From the NCBI GenBank assembly GCA_000442015.1, contig KE560937.1, positions 62,001 through 97,703 on the forward strand: a stretch of DNA of 35,703 bases, read 5' to 3'. The first letter of the stretch is position 1. Each line of letters opens with the position of its first letter. Position numbers and translations under genes: made by a program. This DNA comes from Rozella allomycis CSF55 (taxonomy: Eukaryota). The notes beneath the pieces were generated by a model. It did not search any database. It was not told the origin of the DNA and worked only from the letters and a program-made list of their open reading frames with translations. This document shows positions 14,209 to 27,086 of this stretch, in pieces.

Positions 14209-16119
14209 TCATACAATTCTTACATCTAGTTCTCCATTAAAAGGATGTCGCCAACCACATTGGAATTGTTCTTGGCCGTATAATCTGGAATTCATCGTGC
14301 TAGTATTATAGCCAACATGATACATGAGTAATGTTTTCGTTGCCACCATTTTACAAGATGAGCATTCTTGAAAATGTCCTCGCAAGCATTTCTGAAGGAT
14401 TACATCGGTGGGGTAATTTGATTCGTTTACCTTACTCTTTTTACTTTTAAAAGATTACTAAAAGATTTGAAAGAGTATTCGCTATTGTCTGCCTGAAAAT
14501 AAGGCCACTATATTTTTAAATTTGCATAGTTACCTTCCACCAGTCCCTATAAATAAAGAACAATGATCAGGGGACTCCAGTTGTAATTGATATAATGCAC
14601 GCATAAAGGTTGACCATTTTCCTTCACACAAAGGAAAATCGTCTTCGATAAGAGCAATATATCTGGAGTCGAAAGAATTTGATGCCAATGCAATCGCCTT
14701 CGAAAAGTGCAATCTTTGGTTGTAGGTATCACCGTCCAGCTGGACCCATTTCAGGAATTCATTTGCCTTTTTATTGTCTTTCAGAAGGTTTTTTGCCTTG
14801 AAGTATGTTTCGTGAAATGAAAAATGAGTAAACACGATCATTTTCATTCTTTTGAATAAAGGATGGTTTGAATCATCGGGAAATTCTTTTAAGTATGACT
14901 GTATTGTGTCTATCAAGTGACTAGGATTTCCGGGTCTTGGTGCAGTCATAATTAGGAAAGTTAATATAGGTTGATCATTTTCACCCAATTGTGCAATTTC
15001 AAATGGAGAAGGCGTAATTTGTGGTTTCGTATGAATAGTATTGCTAAAACAAAGAACAAAAAGCAAAATAAACGAAAACAAGTATAGTTGCCTCAGCCAA
15101 CCCTTCCTTGTCCAGTGTGATCTGCATTTTTCAATTACTTCCCATCCTTCCCGGCTTTTCGAAAAAACAATGAATGTTATAACTTGCAGAGTACCTAGTA
15201 AAAATGACGATATATGCCACCACCACTTGCACTGAATTGTCAATGGTAATGACATAAAGCATAACATTAAGTAACTTTTTCTGACAACTACCGCAAAACT
15301 TTTTTGAGCTGATTTCAGGTCTTCAAAAATGACCATGTACCTATCGCCTGATCGTAACGATTGTAACATCAATATAGCCCATAATAACGGATATAAGCCT
15401 ATTAAATATTTTTTGATCATAATACCTTCAGACGTTTGATGCATGGCTTCGTTAAAAAATAGTGAGGGAAAAGTCCATCCAATTGCCCGGGAAAATAGAA
15501 ACCCGATACCATACTGTATAATAGAAACCATGATTATGCTTAAGAATAACAGATATTTGAAGCTTATAATAGGACCTACAATCCCTGATAGCGAAGATTC
15601 TAAAAGCCATAATGATACAAACGAAATAAGTGCTTCAAACGGGTTCTTGATCAAGAATGGGGCCATGTAATATCCCGTAAAGTCTTTTCCAAAATATACA
15701 TATTTTGTTGCCGCACCTGAATATTCTAAAATTCCGCTACCTTCCATCAACGTGATGCAAAAGGACAGTAAAATGACGAAAGTAGTAGCTGGCAAAAATT
15801 CTAATTTCAATGACGTAAATATATTCTGTCTGAGCACAATTGTATCGCAAGAATTATCGTTTTTGAACAAATTGCTATTCCTGACCACCTCAAAGGTTGA
15901 ATAAGGCAATGATGGAAACCATCTTGAACTACTTCGCTCTGTGTTTGTTAAATCAGAGATCCCCTCCTGTGTAAAACGTACCTTCCATAAACCTGGCAAC
16001 AACTTAAATAATTTTTGGGCAATACTTTGCTTGCCATTAATGTTATTTTCATTTCTGTGACTATATTGTTTTTCTCTATCCTTTAATTTGACAAGTTCGA
16101 GAACTTCAACGGCTGTCAT
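14209..16119 (-). CDS. Multi-pass membrane protein with a C-terminal GT-A glycosyltransferase domain (GT54/MGAT4-like)
   Basis: N-terminal region has about 6-8 hydrophobic segments. Then LTFLIMTAPRPGNPSHLIDTIQS and YIALIEDDFPLC (EDD metal-binding motif as in MGAT4). Two short introns (26 and 28 nt) extend the ORF via GTGGSGLIF to ...YHVGYNTST...CGWRHPFNGELDVRIV* (stop at 14209). A 27-nt in-frame intron is likely at 15425-15399. Confidence 0.65.
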
Positions 16120-16292
16120 TAAATTAATTGGTAAACCCTGCTCCGAAACTCCGTTACCAAGACAATACTTATATTACTCAAGTCTCCATATCCTTTAAAA
16201 TATTTTCCCATACAAATGACATAATTTTTTTGAAAACTCGTTAGACTTTATAGAAATTATAGAAATGTAATATTTCCAATCTCAAATCGGCA

Positions 16293-17009
16293 ATGTTCTC
16301 ATTGTATAATATTTACATAGTTGATTTATACTACATATCTGGAATTGTTTTCATAGCCATGGCTTACTTTTCACCATTCAATAGGCTCAAAAGTCTTCTT
16401 CTCCATGGAAACACCTTAATTAAGTCAGGACAATGTAATTTAGGCGTTTTCTACATCAAAAAGAAAAATTTTAGCCATTTTTATTTACTTGCTGTAATTT
16501 TAGGTTGCTATAAGATGTACTATAATGAAACCGCATCCATTGAATTACCTTTCGTATTCCTGTTACACTTAATTCGAAGGTTATACGAAACAGTATTCAT
16601 ATTTAAATACCGTAGTTATTCAAAAATGCATATAATGCATTATTTGGCCGGGCATTTCTATTACTTCTCGGTATGGGAAATAGTGAGTAGAATATCACTC
16701 TTGTCAACAGTTACATGCATAGTCTTAGTAATATTACAATGCTTTCAATTTTATTTACACGTTATATTGGCTTCAAATACCAACCACGAAACATTGCCTC
16801 ACCAGTTCCCGTATGATATCCTTATTTGCCCTCATTACTTTGTGGAAGTTGTGATGTATATTGTAATTTGCTATTGCGCCAGCTCGAAATCTGCAATTTT
16901 AATGGTCATATTCACTACATTAAACCTAACCATATCTGCATCTTATTTGAAGACATCCTACGAGAAAGTCGGGATTAAGAAATATGCCATCTTTTATGGT
17001 GTCTATTAG
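16293..17009 (+). CDS. DFG10: Polyprenol reductase (steroid 5-alpha-reductase family, DFG10/SRD5A3)
   Basis: Hydrophobic 238-aa single-exon ORF with family motifs FSHFY, HLIRRLYE, SKMHIMHYLAGHFYY, HVILA, CPHYFVEVVMY and NL...A. Confidence 0.85.
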   Translation: MFSLYNIYIVDLYYISGIVFIAMAYFSPFNRLKSLLLHGNTLIKSGQCNLGVFYIKKKNFSHFYLLAVILGCYKMYYNETASIELPFVFLLHLIRRLYETVFIFKYRSYSKMHIMHYLAGHFYYFSVWEIVSRISLLSTVTCIVLVILQCFQFYLHVILASNTNHETLPHQFPYDILICPHYFVEVVMYIVICYCASSKSAILMVIFTTLNLTISASYLKTSYEKVGIKKYAIFYGVY

Positions 17010-17121
17010 GAATTTCGATAAATTATTGACAGTTTTTCATATTTTACTGCTGTATTATGAGATGAAAGGTTAAATAAGAGTCAGTTTTTTAGACATCGGC
17101 CAATTCCGAATCAGCCACAAA

Positions 17122-18025
17122 ATGGAGATCCCAATAGTTACTAAGTATTACCTCGGTGGGATACTATTTACTGCTCTACTTTGCGTAATATCATTAGAAG
17201 TTTGTTATACCAGCATTTAGATTTGGTTACTCCTTACAAACTCTACTTTAATCCAGATCTTGTGGTCAGAAAACTACAGGTATCGTTTCATTTACAGTAT
17301 AGTACAGTTTTGGAGATTGATCACACCATTTTTATATTACGGATCATTTAATTTGGAGCTTTTGATTTCGGTCTATGTTTTACTGAATCAATTTCGGCAT
17401 CTTGAACTAATGTCATTCAGGAATAGAAATGCAGATTTTCTTTATATGCTGATATTCTTTTGTTCTTCTTTATTGGTAAATTATAATATTCTGCGCTATT
17501 GTTTAGGTTATCGACTATTTTGTCCGTACAGCGTTTTTATCATCGGCATTGGAATTTGCTGTTTTATATGTGTGGTCTAGGCTCAACCCAAATATGCATT
17601 TGATGCTTATTTTATTTCCTGTTCGAGCTCCCTATGCACCTTATGGATTGATGGCTATTCATTATTTGCTCATGGGTCGATCATTAAACTACGAATTAAT
17701 GGGAATTTTTGTCGGGCATTTGTATTACTACTTGACAGAAATCTACCCACGTCTAGGAGGCAAAAACTATCTTGAAGCACCGATTATTTTAAAAAGACTA
17801 TTTGGTGAGATATCGGAAACATTAGAAGATATTACTGTAATAGACCACAGCAGAGTTGAAAATTTAAGCAGGAGAAATTTAGCGGCATCAAATACGGATT
17901 ATCGAAATGAAGAACGCAATGAAGGCGATATTGATTCTGTCATTGGCAACTCAAATGGCACGACTGCGAATGATAACAATTTAAATAGTGGAAATGAAGA
18001 AGAAGAAATAAGACTAAGGGAATAG
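17122..18025 (+). CDS. DER1: Derlin (ERAD rhomboid pseudoprotease)
   Basis: Spliced via introns 17185-17213, 17280-17307 and 17476-17506: MEIPIVTKYY...PYKLYFNP...QFWRLITPFLY...ADFLYML...YVWSRLNP...RAPYAPY...GIFVGHLYYYL..YP (WR motif and GHLYYY). The start could extend slightly upstream. Confidence 0.88.
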
Positions 18026-18099
18026 CGTTTATTTTGATAATAAATAATGCATCTTTACTTTTCAACCATTTTGTAAATTTACAAATTCACGCATAACTT

Positions 18100-19313
18100 A
18101 TGCACGGTTACTATTGTCAAGCAGCAACAGTCTATAACCCCGAGTACCAACATTTCTCGCCTGGAAAGGCTTTTGAGCTCCTGTCAAAAGCTAGTTCCTC
18201 CTTTCAGCACATTCAGTTCAGATGGACAGTTTGGAACAAGCCTAAACCAGGAGACATTTACCTCATTTTTATGAAAAATGATGAAGTTTCGGATGATGGT
18301 TACTTTTGGGCAAGTAAAGGTGAAAAAGCCCGGTTCCAATTAGAAGACTCCCAAGTAAACATGTCATGCTGTGTAAATAGATACTTGAAGTGACGACTAA
18401 TGAAGATGGATATTCATTGGGAGACAATTATGTTACTATTACGAAAAAGCTTTATAGGCTTCTCAAAAGTGAGCATCCAATCGCTATAGTTCATTACGTA
18501 GGCGTTGACACAAGTATTAATAGTCATGTAAAAATAATAGATAATATACGAATTCCTGTGAAGCCCTGCATTCCGTTTCCTAAAGCCGCGACTTTGGCTA
18601 ATAATCCCTTGATGACACCTAGACAAAGTTCGTCATTTAGACCTCCCTTCGCTGGCTCACCCGCTGCGTCACCTGCTCTTCGTTATGCGTCTCCCATGAA
18701 TATTCAGAAGTCGCAAATACAATCACTATATGCTCCGAAAAGGCCAGGCCCTACTACGCCTCAATTTAACATGCCCAGACAGCCTGTACTGAACTCACAA
18801 CTGTCTATTCAAGCCGCTAAGAAGAAGAAGAAAGGTGGGCCTGATTTTGACGATGGGGAAGATCTTTCAGGCGGTATTTATTAAACGTGAATTGTATTTA
18901 TAGACGACTTTGATAATTTTGCTGTCTATGAAGTCTCGCAGGCACGATTTATAAGAAACCATGATTTTATGTCAGAAATATTTTCAGACAACCAGCAATA
19001 TTTTAAAGAAGAAACCGTGAGGGATATGGAAAAAGTTAATGAAATGAGACGAATTTTGGAACGACAAATTGTATGCCCATAGATTTACGATAAAAAGGAA
19101 CTTATTAATTTAGATATTCATGCTATGAATGAAAATCATTCGAAGAGAATACAAAGCATGACAGAAGAAGCAAAGCAATTCACAAAGTTGTATTCTGAAG
19201 TGTCAAATGCATCTTCAATAGAAGAATTAGAAAAATACGAAAAAGAAATGAAAGAGAAACGCTTCTTCAATATCTGTACTTTTGGCTCTAATTGCATTAA
19301 AACAAGTATATAA
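18100..19313 (+). CDS. SSR4: SWI/SNF and RSC complex subunit Ssr4-like protein
   Basis: Three introns (26, 30, 27 nt). N-terminal FRWTVWNKPKPGDIYLIF...DDGYFW, Pro/Gln-rich linker, then the Ssr4-type motif EDLSGDDFDNFAVYEVSQARFIRNHDFMSEIF and a C-terminal coiled coil. Confidence 0.75.
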
Positions 19314-19416
19314 ATTTACATTCACATCACACATGTATCTTTATGTGACAGTTCGCAAATCATTGCGTTTCTATTTTTTCTATTTTTATCTTTCGATCGA
19401 CCCAGCCACTTCGAAA

Positions 19417-20760
19417 ATGTTGAAGACTTACGTTATCACAGCATCGATATTTGTAATAACCTATATAACATTTGTTCTGGGCTGGTACTTTATTATTAGG
19501 ACACCACCATCTCCAAGGACTGGCGCCCAAATCAAAGCCAAGTCAAATGGTATTGAACCAAAAAAATATTCCCAGCGTGAAGTGCTGGAGATAAAGATTA
19601 ACGACAAAGCCTTGGAGCCTTTAAATATTGAAATAGATAGAGTAAGTTACCTTGTGAAGTATATGTACGACTTTCCAGTAAGTATACAATCAACTAACGG
19701 GAACATCCTTTTACCATATCTTAGTCTCACAAATTTAAAAATATTGAATAATCTACCTGTTCAATTTAAAAGAATATTTCTAAACTTTAAAAAGCAAGAT
19801 AGTCTGTTTCAACATGGAGTGATAGCCAAATTCCATGACAGAGAAGCAATTAGGAACTTTAGACCCGGATTAAAGTTCGACTTTTCTTTGCAATTTGAAC
19901 TTCAAAGTTTGCCGGATATGGAATTTGAAATATTACAGTTGCCATTGATATTAAAGGCGATTATTGTATCTCGTGTCAATAATAATGACGCGACAAAGTC
20001 TATTATTGAAGAATTGCACAATAAAAAATTCAAAGACGATAAAATGAAAAATATTCTTAGTGGAAAGACCGATGTAGCCGAATTAAAGAAAGATAGCAAT
20101 GAGTTATTTCAACGTATAAATGAATGTGTGGAATCACTAAAGTCCGAATATAAGTGTGATGGAATCCTTGAAAAAGATGAGATAGTCAAAAAAGCCAACT
20201 CAAATACTCAAGTCAAGGCTGCGCTTGAACGAATTTTTAAGGATCAAGCGGATAAAGATTACAAAAGCATGGAAGCCTTTCAAAATATAAAGGTAGAATT
20301 TGGAGATATTGAACTAATCAGACTTCATCTTGAAGACTTTTCTGTTATAATGTTGTATTTATCTTCTCTCCACAGAGATGATATTATGAAAGTACTTTAT
20401 CCTAAATATGAAAAGGCCTTTAAAGATATATTTAAAACATTTATCGAAGAACTTGATGATTTATGTACTATTTTGAAGAATGAATACAATAATGAAAACC
20501 CTGAATATGGGTATTTGACTTCTCTGGATAATAAAATACTGTCCATGGATATTCCGATGACAATGTTAGGAAATGTTGACGAAAATAAAGTGATTGATAT
20601 AGCCAAGGAGGATAGAGTGTTTCTTGTAGAAGACGATAACTTTAATATTGTTAATGATTGGATAAAAGAAAAGTCTCTCGATACTGTAAAGGTGGTGAAG
20701 AGGACGGAATTTGAAAAGGCGCGTGATAGTGTAGAAAGTCTCACTAAAATATTGGAATAA
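19417..20760 (+). CDS. Intronless orphan protein with an N-terminal signal anchor/TM helix
   Basis: ATG at 19417 (in frame with the 19282 ORF) is followed by TYVITASIFVITYITFVLGWYFII, then a long Lys/Glu/Asp-rich helical region. No recognisable motif. AATAAA at about 20773. Confidence 0.65.
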   Translation: MLKTYVITASIFVITYITFVLGWYFIIRTPPSPRTGAQIKAKSNGIEPKKYSQREVLEIKINDKALEPLNIEIDRVSYLVKYMYDFPVSIQSTNGNILLPYLSLTNLKILNNLPVQFKRIFLNFKKQDSLFQHGVIAKFHDREAIRNFRPGLKFDFSLQFELQSLPDMEFEILQLPLILKAIIVSRVNNNDATKSIIEELHNKKFKDDKMKNILSGKTDVAELKKDSNELFQRINECVESLKSEYKCDGILEKDEIVKKANSNTQVKAALERIFKDQADKDYKSMEAFQNIKVEFGDIELIRLHLEDFSVIMLYLSSLHRDDIMKVLYPKYEKAFKDIFKTFIEELDDLCTILKNEYNNENPEYGYLTSLDNKILSMDIPMTMLGNVDENKVIDIAKEDRVFLVEDDNFNIVNDWIKEKSLDTVKVVKRTEFEKARDSVESLTKILE

Positions 20761-20801
20761 CAAGTAGTCTTAAATAAAGGATAATTAATTTTGTTGGGAC
20801 T

Positions 20802-23066
20802 TTATAGTTTAAGTTTTTTAGCGACAATAGCGTCTTTTCTAGTAGCTTCTCTTTTAATTGAGTTTTCAATATTCTTGTTTACAAGCTTTTTAATTTTAGT
20901 CAAGTGATTATTCATTTCATTATGAAAATCAGTGAAAGAATTGGAGTCATTAACGAAAGAACATTCTATTGGAATATTAGCAAATGAAGGGAACGAAAAT
21001 TCTGCACAAGGGTATGGATTTGTTAATTGACTTAAAAATTTGGAGATTATTTCTTGTGAACTTTCAATGCTATGTGAATATTAATGTTAATAGAGTACCA
21101 TAGAGAATGTGATTCCAAGAAGAACTTGTCAATTGAAGCGTTAACCTCTTTTGAGACTGTTGAAATATCATGCTTTAGTTCTTCTTCACTTTTTATAATG
21201 ATTCTATAAATAGCATCTTTGAAATTTCTTTAACAAATTCTTACTTGAAATTTGAGTTAATAGATTCATCAATTCTGGATCTTTCTTTTTAGATTCTTTT
21301 TGGTTTAAATTTGTTTCAAATAATTTTCTCTTTAATCGTGACACTGACAAAGCTGAATCAGTTGTTGATGATTCTTTTGTTGTATGAAAGTTAATTTTAC
21401 CTGAAATTGAACTTGCACTTAATGCAGGGGGAGAAGAGTATTTCTTTCTTCCAATTTCAATTGGTTCTAAAGATGAATTTGATTCTATGGGAAATAGAGA
21501 TTCTCTTCTTTAAATTGGTTTTCTAACCACTGAATTTTCAATTTCATTTTTTGGTTTGAGTTCTATTGGAGTCTTTTTTCGCGTTGATTGAATTGAATTT
21601 CTTTTTATTTTCACAGCAGAATCCTTTATCTTTGGTCTTTCGTTTTGTTCAGTGTATTCTGATTCTTCTGATGATTTTTCTGAAGATATTTCTTTTAATT
21701 TTATTGATTTTCTATTCTGCTTTTTATTAATGCTTTCACTTGTCTTGCTCTTAATGTTCAAACTTTCATCATCCTTCGGCTTCTTCAGATCTACAACATC
21801 TAATTGTTTGACTATATTCTCCTCATTCTTCACATTCGATTCAGATTCACTTTCAATTAACAATTTTTTAAATTTTCTAGCACTTCTTTTAATTGAAAAA
21901 CTTGTTCTATTCTCTTTCTCTGGAATTTCCAAATTGTTGGTGGCTGGGGTCTCTAATTTATTTTTAGATTCAGTATTTTCATTTGTAACTTCCATTAAAT
22001 TTGAAATTCTTTCTTCAACAATTTCTGAATCAAACTTTTTAATTGATAAAAGAGGCTCTATAGGCAATGAATGTTTCTCTTTTCTCACCAATTTTTTTTC
22101 TATAAATTCAATTTCACTTTCCTTTATATCCATCGGTTGGAATTCTATTTTAGATCCATCTTTAGAAATAAATTTTAAATATTTCTTGTTTATTTCAAAA
22201 TCTTTTACATCTTCATATCTTATGTCATTCCAGTCATTATCATCCAAACACAACGTTATAAAATGTTCATTAAAATGAAGAAACGCAGTATCATCAGAAT
22301 CTATTAAAGTTATTCCATTATTTGTAGAATTAATAAACATAAAAGCCTTTTCTATAAAGTTCAACGGATCAAGCTCATAGAATGCCTTTTTCATTCTCAC
22401 ATCACATCCCCTGAAAAGACTATCAATAAAATCATCCTTCTTTTTAGGCGTAATTTTATATAAAAACATTGTCAATTTATACTGAATAACTCTGTCATTA
22501 TCTCCAATCAATACCTTCAACAAGGTTGAAAAATGTTTATTCTCAAACTTAGTTACATATATCTTGTTTTCTTTGCAATCTTGGATCAACAAATTAATTA
22601 CATGACACGCCTTGAAATCAAAAAGACTAATGGATTACTTTTCGTCTGCTATTCAAATCAAATGATTTTGGATTTTCAATTATATTAAAGCATACGGAAA
22701 ATATAGACTTTTGTTCTTGAATTTTTACATGTGCGTCATGATCTATCATTTTCTACCTTGAATTCTAACAATCACTGTTACTTGAATATAGGTCAAAGAT
22801 CTTAGGATTCCATCTTGAAAATGAGATGCCTTGATTAGGTTTTGCAAACATTCAATCATGTCCTGAATATTCTCCTTGCAGAATATGGCCACATTAAACA
22901 AACACTCTGAAATATTCTTTACTAATTCCTTTTGGTTTTCATCTGAAAATTTGATAGAATTCAACAGTGATGCGAATCTCTTTAAACTATTCCCAGCAAG
23001 TTTTATATCATACTTGTTTTGAGCTAAAGTTTTTCTATGTTTTAAAGATGCCAGAAAACTATTCAT
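20802..23066 (-). CDS. SYCP2/Rec10/Red1-like meiotic chromosome-axis core protein, with an in-frame TAA at 21512-21510
   Basis: Five 27-29 nt introns. The N-terminal segment GDNDRVIQYKLTMFLYKITPKK...KAFYELDPLNFIEKAFMFINSTN...AFLHFN...W parallels my recollection of the SYCP2 ARM-like/PH region (GDYDLQV...LCRMT...AFKRIKDSEFETDCRIFLNLVN...FWIDFN). It is followed by a K/E/S-rich disordered region and a C-terminal helical tail ending KKLKL*. Confidence 0.6.
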
Positions 23067-23082
23067 TACAGGGGTACATCAT

Positions 23083-23108
23083 TTGGCGGTTCCCTGAATT
23101 GGCGGTTC
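23083..23108. promoter_or_regulatory. Duplicated TTGGCGGTTC motif (URS1-like or E2F-like GGCGG core) just upstream of the meiotic-axis gene
   Basis: Exact 10-mer at 23083-23092 and 23099-23108, within the 107-bp AT-rich gap, 17-42 bp upstream of the ATG at 23066. Confidence 0.5.
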
Positions 23109-23173
23109 ATCCAAATTAAGAAAATTATGAAATAAACAGTCTAAAATAAATAAGTTTTTATTAATCTACAGTT

Positions 23174-24861
<1,688 letters not shown>

Positions 24862-25261
24862 ATTTCTTTTAATAAATCTAAAGATATTAGCTATGTTCCA
24901 CTTCATGATTAATAAACAAGAACGGGACTTTCAAAGACAAAGAGTTAATTAATCTTTGCTTTGAAAATATCTAAATCCCCGCACAAATTAAAGTTTTAAA
25001 GTCAGATCACTTACTTTCAAAGTTTGACGGAAGATTAATTCCAGCAGTTCTAATATGGACCCGTATTCTCCAATCCTATAAATAGATTCCAAGCCCTTCG
25101 CGTGGCGGCCATGAGCCATAACTGGGTCGTTTCGGTTAGAATAGACAAGAATATGTTATCTTTGATTGAGTAATCAATAAAACAAAGATTATTAATAAAT
25201 TTCTTTCTCTGTGAGCTTAGTTTTGAAATGAATTTTGAATCAGTGAAAATTTAATTTACTA

Positions 25262-25691
25262 GTGGCAGATAATTTGGCTGGGCTTCAGCATCGCGTCGAC
25301 GTATCACTCACATCTGGCTCTGTGTTTACAATGCTTGTTTGTGAAATTGAAAATTTCCTGCCTGAAAACCAGCTTCAGACTAATAGCAATATCAAGATGC
25401 TAGGAGAGCTGAGAGATAGTTAAACTATGTGAATGCGATATTCCGTTGACTAAAGATGCTGCGGTGATGCTTTCGCACACTGGTGAACAATTTTCCCATG
25501 TTCAGAGGATCCTTTTACGCCTTTGGTCGATTTCCATGCATGAAGTATGGAAGATATTTCAAGAGGAAGGACTAATGGGGGCGGTCAAAAACAATTATAC
25601 TAATCCGGGATCTTCCTCTATTTTATCGGCACCGGAGAGAGAGGCTGTAGTCCGTCCTAGTGCAATGGAGTTGTCGGCGGATGATTTTTAA
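25262..25691 (+). pseudogene. Possible degenerate or orphan coding remnant (two open frames offset near 25410-25420)
   Basis: GC-richer island. Frame A (VADNLAGLQH...KMLGELRDS*) overlaps frame B (EIVKLCECDIPLTKDAAVML...SADDF*) at a GAGAG run. No clear start codon and no recognisable homology. Confidence 0.2.
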
Positions 25692-25945
25692 ATCGACCCG
25701 GAGTTGGGAATGTTTGTCCAACCATGATCAATTTTTTATCAGTAAATTATAAATATAAAATATCGATAAACGAAACTCGATTAAAATTCATCATGATCAA
25801 TATAAATGATTAAGAGATAAATGTAAAAATTTCAAACTCTTGCCAGTCTCACATTAACAATGCCTTTCCATGAAGCGTGTATTGTTTCTTAAATATTCAA
25901 TATTTAAGCGTTAAAACTCTTCATCCAGACAATCTTGAAATTTCC

Positions 25946-27031
25946 ATGAGTGAGTGTGAGAAATCTCCAGCCGATTCCATAATTTCATTTACAGAGATAC
26001 CAAATCCCAGTGATTTCGATAGTTTTGGTAAGAAATAATTAAATATATGTTTCAGGTTACGTTTATGGTGGTTCTGTTCTCTGTTGGATGGATGTGGCAG
26101 GAGGAATGGCAGCCAAAAGGCATTCAAACACCATTGTAGTAACAGCAAGCGTTGTAAGATATATATAAATCTGGTAAAAGGACGCTGTTCATTTTCTTAA
26201 TCCAATCAAAAAGGGCTGTGTAGCAAAAATTTACGCGCGAGTGAACCGATCATGGAATTCGAGCATGGAAGTTGAAGTTTTGGTCCAATCCGAAATATTA
26301 TTAACTGGAGAATGTCTTCTTTGTTGCCACGGTAAGTTTTGCCTCTAAAGATTAAATTAGCGTATTTTACCTTTGTCGCGATAAAGGATGAAAAGCCGAT
26401 ATTGGTACCGAAAATTGTCCCCAAACTGAAAGAAGAAATTTTACGATGGGAATCAGCTGATACGAGACGTACAATTCGATTTCAAAGAAAGAAGAACATG
26501 AAACCAGAGTTGATTAAACCAACTGATGTTGTGTATGCGAATGGAAGTTGCCAGATTATAAAAATGATAATGCCTGAACATACTAATCCGATGAATATAA
26601 CATTTGGTGGAATGATAATGTCGTGGATGGAGCATGCTGCGTATATTGCGGCAACGAGGGCTACGAGGACGCATTTATTGACTGCTTCAATGGACCAGCT
26701 GCAGTTCCATAGACCTTCTATGGTTGGCCATTTGGTTACTATTGTAGCCAGAGTTACGAAAGTGTTTAAGCAAAGTGTGGAGGTGTATATTGTTGTGAGA
26801 AGTGAAGATCCGATTACCAATCAAGTACAGTTGACGAATGATGCGTGGATCTCGTTTGTCTCTGTTGATCAAAATGGGAAACCATTTCCACTAAGTGATG
26901 TAGAAGAAATAGGAGAGGTGAAAACTGTTGAAGCAGAAAAGAGAAAGAATCACAGATTGGAAGAAAAGAGGCAAATTTTATCAGAGAACTCTGAAGATTG
27001 GGATATCACTCATCAAACTAGCGCATTTTGA
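25946..27031 (+). CDS. Acyl-CoA thioesterase with two hotdog domains (ACOT7/11/12-like)
   Basis: Introns 26028-26055, 26154-26180 and 26332-26360. Domain 1: GYVYGGSVLCWMDVAGGMAAKRH...VTASVDAVHFLNPI...SSMEVEV. Domain 2: PEHTNPMNITFGGMIMSWME...TASMDQLQF...SVEVYI. Confidence 0.88.
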
Positions 27032-27086
27032 TGTTTCATTAATGAATAAAGAGAAAATTTATTAAGTTGCAATTATGGACTTACTA

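Noticed and set aside
21652-22278. 208-aa + strand ORF and many other short antisense ORFs
   Set aside because: They are shadows of real genes on the opposite strand; the F/S/L-rich composition mirrors K/E-rich codons.
25503-25525. Hairpin with a CCTTTTAC loop resembling U5 snRNA loop 1
   Set aside because: The invariant G is missing and there is no Sm site at the expected distance.
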